The position numbers and the translations under genes are program-made. Positions 29,706 through 39,279 of a DNA stretch of 64,000 nucleotides are shown one piece after another. Origin of the DNA: Alphaproteobacteria bacterium (GTDB lineage: Bacteria; Pseudomonadota; Alphaproteobacteria; Bin95); NCBI GenBank assembly GCA_964291285.2, contig OZ219789.1:96001-160000 (forward strand), written 5' to 3'. Each line of letters begins with the position of its first letter. Within the stretch, counting starts at the first letter, position 1. The notes under the pieces were generated by a model, which searched no databases, was not told where the DNA came from, and saw only the letters and a list, made by a program, of their open reading frames with translations.

Positions 29706-31667
29706 ATGGCCGGTATCCTGCTCGTGTGCGACTGCGCCCACAGCCAGACCGTCGATTCGGACAGCATCGAGGCAGGCGCAGGCATCGCCTGCTCACGCCT
29801 CCACAGCGCGCTCTGCACGACGGAAGCCGGCGCCGCCGCGAAAGCCATACAGGACGGCAATGCCGTCATCGCCTGCCAGCAGGAATGGGCGCGATTCGAG
29901 GAGATAGCGGAGGAATTGGAAGCACCTGTCCCGATGCTGGTCGATATCCGCGACCGCGCCGGGTGGTCGGACGAGGGGGCCCAGGCCGGCCCCAAACAGG
30001 CGGCGCTGGTGGCCCAGGCGCTGCTCGCCGCGCCGCAGACCCGGACCGTGGATGTGGTCTCCGAGGGACGCTGCCTCGTGATCGGCGGGGAGGCCGCGGC
30101 GCTGGCGGCCGCGGAGCGCCTGGCCGAGCCGCTGTCCGTCACCGTGCTGCTTGCCGAGCCGCCGGAGGACCTGCCGGTGGACCGCCGCTTCGAAGTCGTG
30201 GTCGGCAGGCTGAGAACGGCCGCGGGCGCGCTCGGCGGCTTCCGGCTGCGGATCGACGGCCTCCGGCAGATGGAGCCCGGCGGGCGCGGCGCCTTCGCCT
30301 TTTCCGAGCCCCGCGACGGCGCGGAGAGCGAGTGCGACTCGATCCTCGACATTTCGGGCGCGACGCCGCTGTTCCCCGCCCATGAGAAGCGCGAGGGCTA
30401 TTTCCGCGCCGACCCCGGCAACCCCAACGCCGTCGCCGCCGCCGTGTTCGAGGCCGGGCAGACGGTCGGCACCTTCGAGAAACCCCTCTATGTGCGGCTG
30501 GAGGAAAGCCTCTGCGCCCACTCGCGCGCCAGCCAGCGCGGCTGCAACAAGTGCCTCGACATCTGCCCGACCGGCGCCATCGCATCCGCCGGCGACCATG
30601 TGGCGGTCGATCCGATGGTCTGCGCCGGCTGCGGGTCCTGCTCGGCCGTCTGCCCGTCCGGCGCCATATCCTTCGATGCGCCGCCGGTGGCCTCCCTCTT
30701 CCGCCGCATGGAGGCGCTTTCAGGGGCCTATCGCAAGGCCGGGGGCAAGGCGCCGCGCCTGCTGGTCACGGATCGCAGCTTCGGCGCCGAGATGGTCGCC
30801 CTCTCGGCGCGCTTCGGGCGGGGCCTCCCGGCCGATGTCATTCCCTTCGAGGTCGAGGCGATTGCGGGCTTCGGCCATGCCGAAATGCTGGCGGCGCTCG
30901 CGGGCGGCTTCGCGTCGGTTGATCTGCTGCTGCCGCCGCGCGCCGAGGACGAGGCGCCGCGCCGCGAACTCGCGCTCGCCGAGGCGATGGGCGGCGAGGG
31001 CCGGCTTCGCCTGCTGGAAGTCGGCGACCCCGATGCGCTGTCGGACGCGCTCTACGGACGCGAGGCCGCGGAGCCCGCTGCCGAGCCCGTGCTGGCGCTC
31101 GGCTCCCGCCGACAGGTCGCGCGGCTGGCGGCGCAGGCGCTGAACCCGGCCGGCGCCATGCTGCCACTGCCCGAGGACGCGCCTTACGGCTCGGTCAAGG
31201 TCGATACCGACGCCTGCACGCTCTGCCTCGCCTGCGCCTCGCTCTGCCCCTCCGGCGCGCTCGGCGACAATCCCGACCTGCCGCAACTCCGCTTCCAGGA
31301 GGACGCCTGCCTGCAATGCGGGCTCTGCGTGCAGGTCTGCCCGGAGGATGCCGTATCGCTGGAACCGCGGCTCGACCTTTCCGACGCCGCGCTGGAGCAA
31401 CGGGTTCTCAACGAGGAAGAGCCCTATGCGTGCATCGAGTGCGGCAAGCTCTTCGGGGTGAAGTCCACGGTGGAGCGGATCGCGGCGCAGCTGGCGGGCA
31501 AGCACTCCATGTTCGCGGGCGCGGACGCCTCCCGGCTGATCCGCATGTGCGACGACTGCCGCGTCAACGCGCAATACCATTCCACGGACAACCCCTTCGC
31601 CATGGGCGAGCGGCCCCGCGTGCGCACGACCGAGGACTATCTCCGAGACCGCAGCAAGGATCATTGA
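29706..31667 (+). CDS. Poly-ferredoxin (4Fe-4S dicluster) protein associated with FDH clusters
   Basis: Several CxxCxxCxxxCP motifs; DIRDRAGWS. Confidence 0.9.
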   Translation: MAGILLVCDCAHSQTVDSDSIEAGAGIACSRLHSALCTTEAGAAAKAIQDGNAVIACQQEWARFEEIAEELEAPVPMLVDIRDRAGWSDEGAQAGPKQAALVAQALLAAPQTRTVDVVSEGRCLVIGGEAAALAAAERLAEPLSVTVLLAEPPEDLPVDRRFEVVVGRLRTAAGALGGFRLRIDGLRQMEPGGRGAFAFSEPRDGAESECDSILDISGATPLFPAHEKREGYFRADPGNPNAVAAAVFEAGQTVGTFEKPLYVRLEESLCAHSRASQRGCNKCLDICPTGAIASAGDHVAVDPMVCAGCGSCSAVCPSGAISFDAPPVASLFRRMEALSGAYRKAGGKAPRLLVTDRSFGAEMVALSARFGRGLPADVIPFEVEAIAGFGHAEMLAALAGGFASVDLLLPPRAEDEAPRRELALAEAMGGEGRLRLLEVGDPDALSDALYGREAAEPAAEPVLALGSRRQVARLAAQALNPAGAMLPLPEDAPYGSVKVDTDACTLCLACASLCPSGALGDNPDLPQLRFQEDACLQCGLCVQVCPEDAVSLEPRLDLSDAALEQRVLNEEEPYACIECGKLFGVKSTVERIAAQLAGKHSMFAGADASRLIRMCDDCRVNAQYHSTDNPFAMGERPRVRTTEDYLRDRSKDH

Positions 31668-31686
31668 ACGCCGGAGGGAGGACGCA

Positions 31687-32709
31687 ATGAGCATCGCCGC
31701 GCAGACCCCGTTCACGGCCCCAGTGGTGGAGCGCCTGTCGGTCCGGGTGGTCGTCGATTCGCATTATGAGCGCTTCCTGCCGCGCGCCGAGCACGGTCAT
31801 GTGACGATCGAGCATGTGGGCCAGATCCCCGGCCGGCCGATGACGACGCTCGCCGGCGAGTGGGGGCTCGCGCTCCACCTGGAGTCGCGCGCCGGGGGCG
31901 CGAACGCGCAATACATGCTGGATTTCGGCTTCACGCCGGAGATCATCAACCGCAACACCTCACTGCTGGACATCGACCCGGCGAAGCTGGACGGGCTGAT
32001 CCTGAGCCACGGCCACCGCGACCATTATGGCGGGCTCGACGGCTTCGTGACGCAGCACCGCAAGGCGATGAAAGGCGACCTCTCGCTCTATGTCGGCGCG
32101 GAGGAGGCGTTCTCGGTGCGCTGGGTGCCGACCGGGCCGCCGCCGAAGCCCGGCGGCAAGCGGGACTATGTCTGCTGGGGCGCGCCCGACCGGACGAGCC
32201 TGGTGGCGCAGAACGTCGTGCCCGTCTGCTGCCCGCACCCGCATGCGCTGCCCGGGCCCTTCACCACCGGCTACATCACCCGCGACACCTTCGAGGAGGT
32301 CACCGGCGGCTCGATGCTGGCGCCCTACGACCATTTCTCCGAGGCGGAGCGGCGGGGCGAGCTGGTGCGCGACAGCCACCCCGAGGAGCACGCCACCTGC
32401 TACATCGTCAGGGGGCACGGCCTGGTGGTGATCTCGTCCTGCGGCCATGCCGGCATCGTGAATTCCGTGAAGACGGCGATGGCGGTCTCGGGCGTCGACA
32501 GGCTCCACGCCGTCATCGGCGGCTTCCACCTGGCGACCGCCAAGCCGGACTATGTCGAGCACACCATCGACGAGCTGGAGCGCCTGGCTCCCGACGTGGT
32601 GATCCCGATGCACTGCACCGGGACCGCCTTCATCGAGGCGATGCGCCGGCGGATGCCGGAGCGGCTCGTCGCCTCAAATCTCGGCTCCCGCTTCACCTTC
32701 GGGGTATAG
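31687..32709 (+). CDS. MBL-fold metallo-hydrolase
   Basis: LSHGHRDHYGG, SCGHAG, GGFHL, PMHCTG. Confidence 0.88.
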   Translation: MSIAAQTPFTAPVVERLSVRVVVDSHYERFLPRAEHGHVTIEHVGQIPGRPMTTLAGEWGLALHLESRAGGANAQYMLDFGFTPEIINRNTSLLDIDPAKLDGLILSHGHRDHYGGLDGFVTQHRKAMKGDLSLYVGAEEAFSVRWVPTGPPPKPGGKRDYVCWGAPDRTSLVAQNVVPVCCPHPHALPGPFTTGYITRDTFEEVTGGSMLAPYDHFSEAERRGELVRDSHPEEHATCYIVRGHGLVVISSCGHAGIVNSVKTAMAVSGVDRLHAVIGGFHLATAKPDYVEHTIDELERLAPDVVIPMHCTGTAFIEAMRRRMPERLVASNLGSRFTFGV

Positions 32710-32750
32710 GGCCCTATCGCGGTATCCGGCCGGTATGAAACCAACGGCAG

Positions 32751-32862
32751 CCCTTCGATACGCGCCCGCTGGCGCGGGCGCTACTCAGGGTGAGGGAAAC
32801 CATGAAGGCAGAGCGCCGGAACTTCCCTCATCCCGAGTAGCGGCGGAGCCGCGTATCGAGGG
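32751..32862. repeat. REP/MITE-like palindromic intergenic element, copy 1
   Basis: CCCTTCGATACGCG...CTCAGGGTGAGGGAA...CATCCCGAGTAGCGGCGGAGCCGCGTATCGAGGG; self-complementary ends; second copy at 51961. Confidence 0.85.
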
Positions 32863-32900
32863 ACGGCCGGACCTCCGTTTCAGTTGGAACGGATCGTGCC

Positions 32901-33866
32901 CTAGAAGCCCCGGTCGCCGGGCCGGGCGAGCGCGCGGCGGACGACCGCCCGCATGAGGTGGACGACGGCGGCATTGTCTTCCACGGGCACGCCGTCGACG
33001 GCGGCGATCACCCTGCCGCTGCCGCCGTCCGTCAACCCGAGCTCGACACCGTACTCGACAATGGCGCGCTCCTCTTCCGGCGTGTGGCACAGTTCCGGGC
33101 CGCCCCGCCTGAGCGCGAGCCCCGCGACTACGCCGTAGCAGCCGATATTGGACGAGGTGCCGACGACCAGGACATCGGCCGGCATCACGGTGAAGATCCC
33201 GCCGCCGCAGGCAGTCTTCTCCTTCAGGTTGAACTCCGGCATCCGGGCGCAGAGCGCGTCGTAAATCCTGCCGAAGCCGATCTCATTGCCGCCGTCGCCG
33301 ACGCCGAGCGTCGGCCTGCCCGCCTCGGTCATCGTCCTGAACAGATGGTCCACATTCGAGCGGAAGGGGTGCCGCGGCGTGCCCGTGACGCCATAGAGAT
33401 TGCCGTGCGGGTTGCCGCCGTGGCGCTCCACGGCCACCGCCATATCCAGCGCCGCCGCGATGGCCTCCTGCTGCGCGATGTCGTGCAGGCCGAGATGCAC
33501 GGTCGGCGCGTCGAGGCCGCAGCGCACCGCGAGCGCCTCCAGCGGCGGCGCGGCCGGCGGGTCGGTATAGAAGCCGACCCGGTGCCCCAAGGCCGCGAGC
33601 GCGCGGGCCAGCACGACCGCGCCCAGCGGGCCGTCATTCTCGCCGGCGGGCATGTGGTCGGGCACGGCCGCGCCGGTCACGATGCCGATATGCGCCGGCG
33701 GGCGGTCCAGCAGTTCGGCGGCGGCCAGCGTCAGCGGCCGGCCCTCGGCTTCCCGCGCCGCCTCGTAAAGGCCCGTCTTGACGCCATGCGGCAGGGCCGC
33801 GCCCTGAAGCTCCAGACAGGAGAGCCGGTCCAGATTGGCGTAGGCTGCTTCGGCGAACGGTTCCAT
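32901..33866 (-). CDS. D-glutamate cyclase-like domain protein (DUF4392)
   Basis: IVTG, ENDGPLGA, AVER, GVGDGGNEIG, SSNIG. Confidence 0.8.
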   Translation of the reverse strand: MEPFAEAAYANLDRLSCLELQGAALPHGVKTGLYEAAREAEGRPLTLAAAELLDRPPAHIGIVTGAAVPDHMPAGENDGPLGAVVLARALAALGHRVGFYTDPPAAPPLEALAVRCGLDAPTVHLGLHDIAQQEAIAAALDMAVAVERHGGNPHGNLYGVTGTPRHPFRSNVDHLFRTMTEAGRPTLGVGDGGNEIGFGRIYDALCARMPEFNLKEKTACGGGIFTVMPADVLVVGTSSNIGCYGVVAGLALRRGGPELCHTPEEERAIVEYGVELGLTDGGSGRVIAAVDGVPVEDNAAVVHLMRAVVRRALARPGDRGF

Positions 33867-33956
33867 GGGTTGAGGTCCTCTTTTCCCTGCGGTCGCATCC
33901 AGAATGAAGGCGCCGGCGCCCCGGACAAGGGCCTCCCGGCCGCGCCGGGCGGTGTT

Positions 33957-34274
33957 CTACCGGACCGCACGGACCTCGAGGTGAAGGCCCTCCCGCTTCT
34001 GGAGGCGTCCGATGATCTCGAACAGGTTCCGCGCCTGCGGATTGCCCTCGGGGCCGAACATGCGCATCAGGCTCTTGGGCGACTTGTCGGTCAATCCGCC
34101 GAGTTCGCGGAACCCGATGGTGGCGTTGATATAGTCGCGCAGCATCGCCTTGCCGGCCTCCATGTCGCCGGAAAGCAGGAGTTCGACTCCTTCCCGGAAC
34201 AGTTCCTCGCGAAACGCCGGATCGCGGTCGACACGCGCCCGGATCGTGTCCCTGAAGTCTCGGGTCACCGGCAT
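33957..34274 (-). CDS. Addiction-module antidote-like HTH regulator (orphan antitoxin)
   Basis: TRDFRDTI...DPAF...LRDYINATIGF..L......KSLMRMFGPEGNP.A.NLF. Confidence 0.82.
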   Translation of the reverse strand: MPVTRDFRDTIRARVDRDPAFREELFREGVELLLSGDMEAGKAMLRDYINATIGFRELGGLTDKSPKSLMRMFGPEGNPQARNLFEIIGRLQKREGLHLEVRAVR

Positions 34275-34279
34275 CTCTT

Positions 34280-35176
34280 TCAAGGCAACTCCTCCCCCAC
34301 CGGGGTCATGGTGACTTCGTGGCGGCTGGTCTGGCTGCCCGCGCTGCGGAGCACACCCTTGACGGGCGCGACATCGGAGTAGTCGCGGCCGCGTGCGACG
34401 GCGACATGGCCGTCGCCGGCGAGGCAGGCATTGGTCGGGTCGTATTCCACCCAGCCCGCGTCCCGCCCGCACCAGGCGCGCACCCATGCGTGCATGGCGT
34501 CCGCACCCTGCAGTCGGAGCCGGCCCGGCGGCGGGACCGTGCGCAGGAAGCCGCTGACATAGCCCGCCGGGATGCCGAGCGCGCGCAGGCAGGCGATCAT
34601 CGCATGGGTGAAGTCCTGGCAGACGCCGCGCCGGCGGCGGAAGGCTTCCAGGGCCGGCGTGTCCACCTCGGTCGCCTTCGAATCGAACGCCATGTCGCGG
34701 TTGAGCGCCAGCCCGACGGCTTCCACCGCCTCCGCCGCGCCCGCGCCCGCCGGCAGGGCCGCGCGCGCATAGTCCGCGAATTCCGGCTCCTCCGGCAGGC
34801 GCGGCGAAGCGGCGAGGAAATGGTGCGGCGCGTCCGGGGCGAGCGAGCGGATGGCGGCCATGTCTTCGGCCAGCCCGGCCGGCGGCGGCGAGCCGGGCAG
34901 CGCGCTCCGCCCCGCTTCCCGGCGCACGCGCGCGGCGAGCGAATAGACGACCTCCTCATGCGCGCCGGCGAAGGCCAGGTCCGTCGCCATGTTCCCGAAG
35001 AAGTCCCGCCGGTCGCGGCGCTCCGCGGGCGGCGGCGAGACATCGACAGCGGCCGCCACGACATGCTGCCCGCCTGTCAGCATCGGCGGCAGCAGGCGGA
35101 GCGTCTGGCGGCTCGCCGCCGCCGGGGCGTCGTAATGCTGGCGGATCGCCAGCGCGATGTCGTAGAGCACAGCCAC
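34280..35176 (-). CDS. Transglutaminase-like protein
   Basis: GVCQDFTH, GYVSG, HAWV, DPTN, GRDYSDVAP. Confidence 0.93.
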   Translation of the reverse strand: MAVLYDIALAIRQHYDAPAAASRQTLRLLPPMLTGGQHVVAAAVDVSPPPAERRDRRDFFGNMATDLAFAGAHEEVVYSLAARVRREAGRSALPGSPPPAGLAEDMAAIRSLAPDAPHHFLAASPRLPEEPEFADYARAALPAGAGAAEAVEAVGLALNRDMAFDSKATEVDTPALEAFRRRRGVCQDFTHAMIACLRALGIPAGYVSGFLRTVPPPGRLRLQGADAMHAWVRAWCGRDAGWVEYDPTNACLAGDGHVAVARGRDYSDVAPVKGVLRSAGSQTSRHEVTMTPVGEELP

Positions 35177-35181
35177 GGCGC

Positions 35182-37395
35182 TCAGGTGAGATAGGCCCCG
35201 GAGACGAGGTCGGAGAGCTCGTCCAGCCGCGCCGCGAGCGCCGCGAGCGCCGCCCTGTCCACCGTCTCCGGCGTCTCGACCGCAATGGCCGCATGGGCGC
35301 GCAGCGCGGCCCGGGCGAGCGGCGACATCACTCCATGCGTCTCCGCGCCGGGCAGCAGCGCGATCAGGTTCCGCATCCGGTCCAGCAGGTAGAGGACCGA
35401 GCGCGGGTTCATGGTGTCGAACACCATGAGGTCCACCACCATGTTGCGCTGCGTGCCGAGCGAATAGCGGCGCTGGTAGGTCATGGTGCAGTCGCCGATT
35501 TCCATGGCGAGGTCGAGCGCGCCCTCCGGCGCGGCCGGGTCCGCGAAATGCGCCAGCGCCGAGGCCGTGCCGGACGCGCGCTCCAGCTCCCGCCCGAGGA
35601 TGAGGAAGCGCCAGCCGGTGAAGCGGTACATGTTTTCGTGGACGAGGCCGGAGAGGCCCGCAAGGCGGTGCAGCAGGGCGGTCATGATGCGCGCCGTGTC
35701 GTCGCCTGCCCGCGCCGTCAGGGCCATCTCCTCGGCGGCCTCGTTCAGTTTGCGCAGCGCCGTCCAGCCGTCGATGGAAAAACGGTCATGCACGCGGCTC
35801 GCGCAGACCAGCGCGGAGTCGAGGGTGCGCAGCAGGCCCTGCGGCACGGCCTCGCCGGGGTCGAGCGGCAGTTCGCGGAGATAGTCCCGGAGGCTTGCCA
35901 GGAGGGGGTTGTCGCGCGCGCCGGTCTCCGCCATGCGCAGGTGGAGCGCGCGCAGCAGCCGGATCGCCGCCTCGGCCCGCTCGACATAGCGGCCGAGCCA
36001 GAACAGGTTGTCCGCCGCCCGGCTCGGCAGCGTGCCCGGCAGCGGGCGCACATAGGCGTCGGACGGCCTGACGGCCATCGTATCGACCGGCACCGGCCCG
36101 TCGCTCACCACCCAGATGTCGGCGACGGCGCCCGGGTCCTCTGCCGGGACGCCGCCGAGCCGGGCATAGCCGCCGGGCATGGCCCGCCAGCCTTCGGGCG
36201 TGCGCGCAAGGAAGAGGCGCAGGACCGCCGGCTCGGCCCGGAGCGCGCCTTCGGCCCGGACCGGCGCGGTGGAGAGCGGCGCGGCCTCCGCCTCCTCCGC
36301 CCACCAGCCCTCCGGCGCGCCCGCCGGGGGGCCGCCCCGCGCTTCCGCGATCTTCGCCAGGAAGGGCGCGAGCGCCGGGTCTTCGAGCACGCCGGTGCCG
36401 AGCGCATTGACCGCCGAGAGCGCGCCCTCTCTGATCGCCGAGACGAGGCCCGGCACGCCGGCGCCGGACGTCTCGTCGAGCTCCAGCGGATCCGCCCGCC
36501 CGGCGCGGAGCCGGCGCCAGACGACCCCGAGCGGGCGCGGACCGGCCACGGTCCGGACCGTGGCCGCGCCGTTCTCCACCGCGATGTCCTCGCCCTCGAA
36601 CAGCATGAAGCCCAGATAGCGCGCCAGATAGGCATGCTCGAAATAGTTCGGGCCCCCGGGGCCGGAAGTCAGCATGCCCACGCGCCCGCCGCCCACCCGG
36701 TCGAGCCCGGCGAGCGCGTTGCGGAACGCCCGGAAGAAGCCCGCCAGGCGATGCACATGGGACTCCTGGAACAACTCCTGGAACACGCGCTGCGTGGCGA
36801 GCCTCGTCTCCAGCGCGGTGCCGGCCCCGGCGGGCGCGTCGGTGCGGTCGCGCAGCACCCGCCACCGACCGTCCGGCCGCCGCGCGACATCGAAGGCGAG
36901 GAAGTGCAGCCAGCGGCCGGACGCCGGCCGGACGCCGACCAGCGGGCGCAGCCAGGCGGGATTGGCCGCGACCGGCCCCGCCGGCAGAAGTCCTTCGGCC
37001 ACCAGCCGGTTCTCGCCATAGAGGTCGGCGGCGACCGCCTCCAGCAGCTCGGCCCGTTGCACGAGGCCGCCGGCCAGGCTCTGCCATTCCCGCTCATGCA
37101 GGATGAGCGGCACCGGGCTGAACGGCCATGTCCGCCCGCCCGCGCCTTCCACCCCCTGCCGGCGGAAGAACACGCCGGCGTCATGCAGATACTGCTCGCC
37201 GCGCGCGGTGCGCCGCTTCAGCTCCGCCTCGGAAAGCCCGGCGAAGCCCTCGACAAAATGCCGCCAGACCGGCCTGACCCGGCCCTCTCCATCGAGCAGC
37301 TCGTCGAAACCGCCCGCCGCCGGACGGTAGCCGGCGAACCGGGGCTCCTGTTCCAACGCCTGCCGTCTCGTCGGCTGCAACACCGCTCGCTCCAC
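35182..37395 (-). CDS. Circularly permuted type 2 ATP-grasp + alpha-E (DUF403) fusion; start approximate
   Basis: FDELLD, QRAELL, DRTDAPAGAG.ALE.R, YFEHAYLARYLG, NALG.G, LPSRAADNLFWLGRYVERAE, GRELER, NPRSV. Confidence 0.88.
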   Translation of the reverse strand: MERAVLQPTRRQALEQEPRFAGYRPAAGGFDELLDGEGRVRPVWRHFVEGFAGLSEAELKRRTARGEQYLHDAGVFFRRQGVEGAGGRTWPFSPVPLILHEREWQSLAGGLVQRAELLEAVAADLYGENRLVAEGLLPAGPVAANPAWLRPLVGVRPASGRWLHFLAFDVARRPDGRWRVLRDRTDAPAGAGTALETRLATQRVFQELFQESHVHRLAGFFRAFRNALAGLDRVGGGRVGMLTSGPGGPNYFEHAYLARYLGFMLFEGEDIAVENGAATVRTVAGPRPLGVVWRRLRAGRADPLELDETSGAGVPGLVSAIREGALSAVNALGTGVLEDPALAPFLAKIAEARGGPPAGAPEGWWAEEAEAAPLSTAPVRAEGALRAEPAVLRLFLARTPEGWRAMPGGYARLGGVPAEDPGAVADIWVVSDGPVPVDTMAVRPSDAYVRPLPGTLPSRAADNLFWLGRYVERAEAAIRLLRALHLRMAETGARDNPLLASLRDYLRELPLDPGEAVPQGLLRTLDSALVCASRVHDRFSIDGWTALRKLNEAAEEMALTARAGDDTARIMTALLHRLAGLSGLVHENMYRFTGWRFLILGRELERASGTASALAHFADPAAPEGALDLAMEIGDCTMTYQRRYSLGTQRNMVVDLMVFDTMNPRSVLYLLDRMRNLIALLPGAETHGVMSPLARAALRAHAAIAVETPETVDRAALAALAARLDELSDLVSGAYLT

Positions 37396-37482
37396 GGGTC
37401 CGTGTAACGGGACATATGGTATCCGCCCGCGGCCGGGCGCGGTAGCGGCCGGACGGACCGTTATTGCGCCCGGCCGGCTCCC

Positions 37483-38403
37483 ATGCTTCCTTTCGCTCCC
37501 ATGTTGAAGAACCTCTGGTACACGGGCGCGCCGCTCGACCGGATCTCGCATCTGCGCGAGGACCCGGCCTGGATCGCCGCGCGGCGCCGCGCGAAGGACA
37601 CGCGGCTGGTGCCCGTCTGGCGCTCGCGCTCGCTGGTCCACACGGAGGACGACCGGGCGCTGATCCTGACCGTCGAGGAGGCCGGCGACCTGCTCGACAC
37701 CGCCCAGCACGAGGTGGTGCTCGGGCTGGAGGGCGACACGCTCTATATTGGCCTCGACCTCTCGCATCTCGACGACCCCTACGGCCATCCGCGCATCGAG
37801 GCGGAGGGCGCGTTCGAGGACCTGCGCCAGATCGGCCCGGTCATCCCGGCGGACGAGGGCGCCATCCTCGCCCATGCGCGCGGCATGATGACCTGGCACC
37901 AGCGCCACCGGTTCTGCGGCGTCTGCGGCGCGCCGACGGAGGTGAGCCACGGCGGCTACCAGCGCAACTGCACCGGCTGCGGCGCGCAGCATTTCCCGCG
38001 CACCGACCCCGCGGTCATCATGCTGGTCCACAAGGGCGACAACTGCCTGCTCGGCCGCACGCACCAGTTTCCGCGGCGCATCTATTCCACGCTCGCGGGC
38101 TTCGTCGAGCCGGGCGAGAGCCTCGAGGAAGCGGTTGCGCGCGAGGTGTTCGAGGAGGCCGGCGTCACGGTCGGCGAAGTGCGCTACATGGCCTCCCAGC
38201 CCTGGCCGTTCCCGTCGTCGCTGATGCTCGGATTCCATGCCGAGGCGGAGGCGATGGAGCTCAACATCGACCCGAAGGAGCTCGAGGACGCCCGCTGGAT
38301 GACGCGCGAGCAGATCGGCCGGATCGAGGATTTCGACATGGAGCTGCCGCGCCGCGACAGCATCGCCTGGCGGCTGGTCAAGGCGTGGATGGACGGCTTC
38401 TGA
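37483..38403 (+). CDS. nudC: NAD(H) diphosphatase
   Basis: FCGVCG..CTGC zinc finger, FPRTDPAVI, Nudix box GESLEEAVAREVFEE, SQPWPFP. Confidence 0.95.
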   Translation: MLPFAPMLKNLWYTGAPLDRISHLREDPAWIAARRRAKDTRLVPVWRSRSLVHTEDDRALILTVEEAGDLLDTAQHEVVLGLEGDTLYIGLDLSHLDDPYGHPRIEAEGAFEDLRQIGPVIPADEGAILAHARGMMTWHQRHRFCGVCGAPTEVSHGGYQRNCTGCGAQHFPRTDPAVIMLVHKGDNCLLGRTHQFPRRIYSTLAGFVEPGESLEEAVAREVFEEAGVTVGEVRYMASQPWPFPSSLMLGFHAEAEAMELNIDPKELEDARWMTREQIGRIEDFDMELPRRDSIAWRLVKAWMDGF

Positions 38404-38434
38404 CCCGATTGCGCCAGCAGGAAGGAGCCCTGCC

Positions 38435-39277
38435 ATGGTTTCGCGCCGCCGCTTTCTCGCAGGCTCGGCCGCAGCGGCGCTGCTGCCCCCGGCAGCCCGC
38501 GCCGTCGGCGCGCCGCTGCCGATCTTCGACGCCCATATCCATTTCAGCCACGACGCGGCCGGGCTCCTTTCCGCCGGAGAAGCTGTCGCCATTCTGGAGA
38601 AGGCAGGGCTGAAGCGGGCGCTGGTATCGAGTTCGGGCGACGCCGGCACCCGCGCGCTCCACGCCGCCGCGCCCGACCTCGTCCTGCCCAGCCTGCGCCC
38701 CTACCGCCGGCGCGGCGAGACCGGCAGCTGGGTCGACGATCCGTCGGTGATCGACTTCCTGGAGGACCGCCTGAAGCGCTTCAAGTGGGTCGCGGTCGGC
38801 GAATTCCATCTCTTCGCCTCCCAGACCGGCAAGGCCGTGCCGCGCCGCATGATCGAACTGGCGCGGCAGCACAATCTTCTCCTGCACGCCCACTCGGACG
38901 CCGGCGCGGTGGACGGGATCTTCTCCCAGTGGCCGGACGCGCGGGTGCTCTGGGCCCATGCCGGCTTCGTCGGACCGGATATCGTCGGCCCGATGCTCGG
39001 GAAGCACGCGAAGCTCTGGACCGACCTTGCCTTCCGCAGCGAACACGCCCATGAAGGCCGGGTCGAGGACGACTGGCGCAGCCTGTTCGCCGCCTTTCCG
39101 GACCGCGTCATGGTCGGCACCGACACCTTCACGCCGGAGCGCTGGCACTATGTCGTCGGGCACGCCGATTGGACCCGGCAATGGCTGACCGACCTGCCGC
39201 GCGGCCTCGCCGAGAAGATCGCCTGGCGCAACGGCGAGGCGATGATCCGGCCCCACCTCGCAAACCTCCGAAAATAG
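38435..39277 (+). CDS. Tat-exported amidohydrolase-fold metalloprotein
   Basis: SRRRFL Tat signal; DAHIH, GEFHL, HAH, WAHAG, VGTD. Confidence 0.85.
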   Translation: MVSRRRFLAGSAAAALLPPAARAVGAPLPIFDAHIHFSHDAAGLLSAGEAVAILEKAGLKRALVSSSGDAGTRALHAAAPDLVLPSLRPYRRRGETGSWVDDPSVIDFLEDRLKRFKWVAVGEFHLFASQTGKAVPRRMIELARQHNLLLHAHSDAGAVDGIFSQWPDARVLWAHAGFVGPDIVGPMLGKHAKLWTDLAFRSEHAHEGRVEDDWRSLFAAFPDRVMVGTDTFTPERWHYVVGHADWTRQWLTDLPRGLAEKIAWRNGEAMIRPHLANLRK

Positions 39278-39279
39278 CC

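Noticed and set aside
35182-38649. 1155-aa version of the ATP-grasp gene
   Set aside because: The N-terminal extension is antisense to nudC. Family similarity starts near 37395.
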